Shown here in pieces: positions 63,492-64,000 of a stretch of DNA of 64,000 nucleotides. Position numbers and translations under genes: made by a program. Source of the DNA: Pseudovirgaria hyperparasitica (lineage: Eukaryota); the NCBI GenBank assembly GCA_010093815.1, contig ML996571.1; one strand, 5' to 3'. The notes below the pieces were generated by a model. The model worked only from the letters and a program-made list of their open reading frames with translations. It ran no database searches and was not told the DNA's origin. Within the stretch, counting starts at the first letter, position 1; each line of letters begins with the position of its first letter.

Positions 63492-64000
63492 TATCCGCCG
63501 GGCCTGCATGCCCATCAATCTTTTTTTGGCGATTTATTACTCATTTCATTCATCTTGCATGGGGGGGCGCGCGGCGAGAGGCATGTTGAGCGCACGCACA
63601 CACGAAACGAAGCATTTAGAAGAGCGTTTAGATACCATTTTTCCTTGTGTCTGGTCCGGCATAGCGATTGGCGTTTTGGAAGTACCCTTGAGAGAAGGAG
63701 ACCTGACTGTTGATTGCACGGTTGGATGTCAGAGATGCGAATATGGGATATTGGGATATTGGGATATTGAATAGGAACGGTGGACTCTGGGATATAACGG
63801 GACCTATAGCGTGTATAGGACAGGCATTGTAGCTGGTGCTGGTGCTGTAATTACCTGCCCTGCCTAGCTGGCTAGCTAGCTACGGACTACATAATGGACG
63901 AAAATTCTACGACCCGAGACATGTCTCCGCACTACCCCTCCTTTTTGCCCGGAGCGCCGAACACCTATAAGCTCTGTATTAAGCTCTAATATAAGCTGCC

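Overview
This is intron-containing genomic DNA from a filamentous ascomycete (Pezizomycotina), with about 23 protein genes and one RNA gene. Bases 1-19 kb are mostly housekeeping: PPIL4-type cyclophilin, a Zn2Cys6 factor, SWD1 head-to-head with RPB1, and THG1. THG1 converges on an unannotated nuclear RNase P RNA gene (18919-19310, minus strand), which is followed directly by an intron-like cassette. Bases 19.5-29 kb hold accessory genes: two NAD(P)-binding/SDR enzymes, an NPP1/NLP protein, an O-methyltransferase and an S10 carboxypeptidase. Bases 30-37 kb carry an XPG-family nuclease, KES1/OSH4 and a probable coilin. From about 38 kb the DNA becomes microsatellite-rich and strand-skewed and carries a ferric reductase, acid phosphatase, secreted heme peroxidase, Crh GH16, an aquaporin and a divergent noxA-noxD (pro41) pair. 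I recognised no transposon, CRISPR array, rRNA or tRNA. All exon boundaries were read by eye and family calls come from remembered motifs, not database searches.
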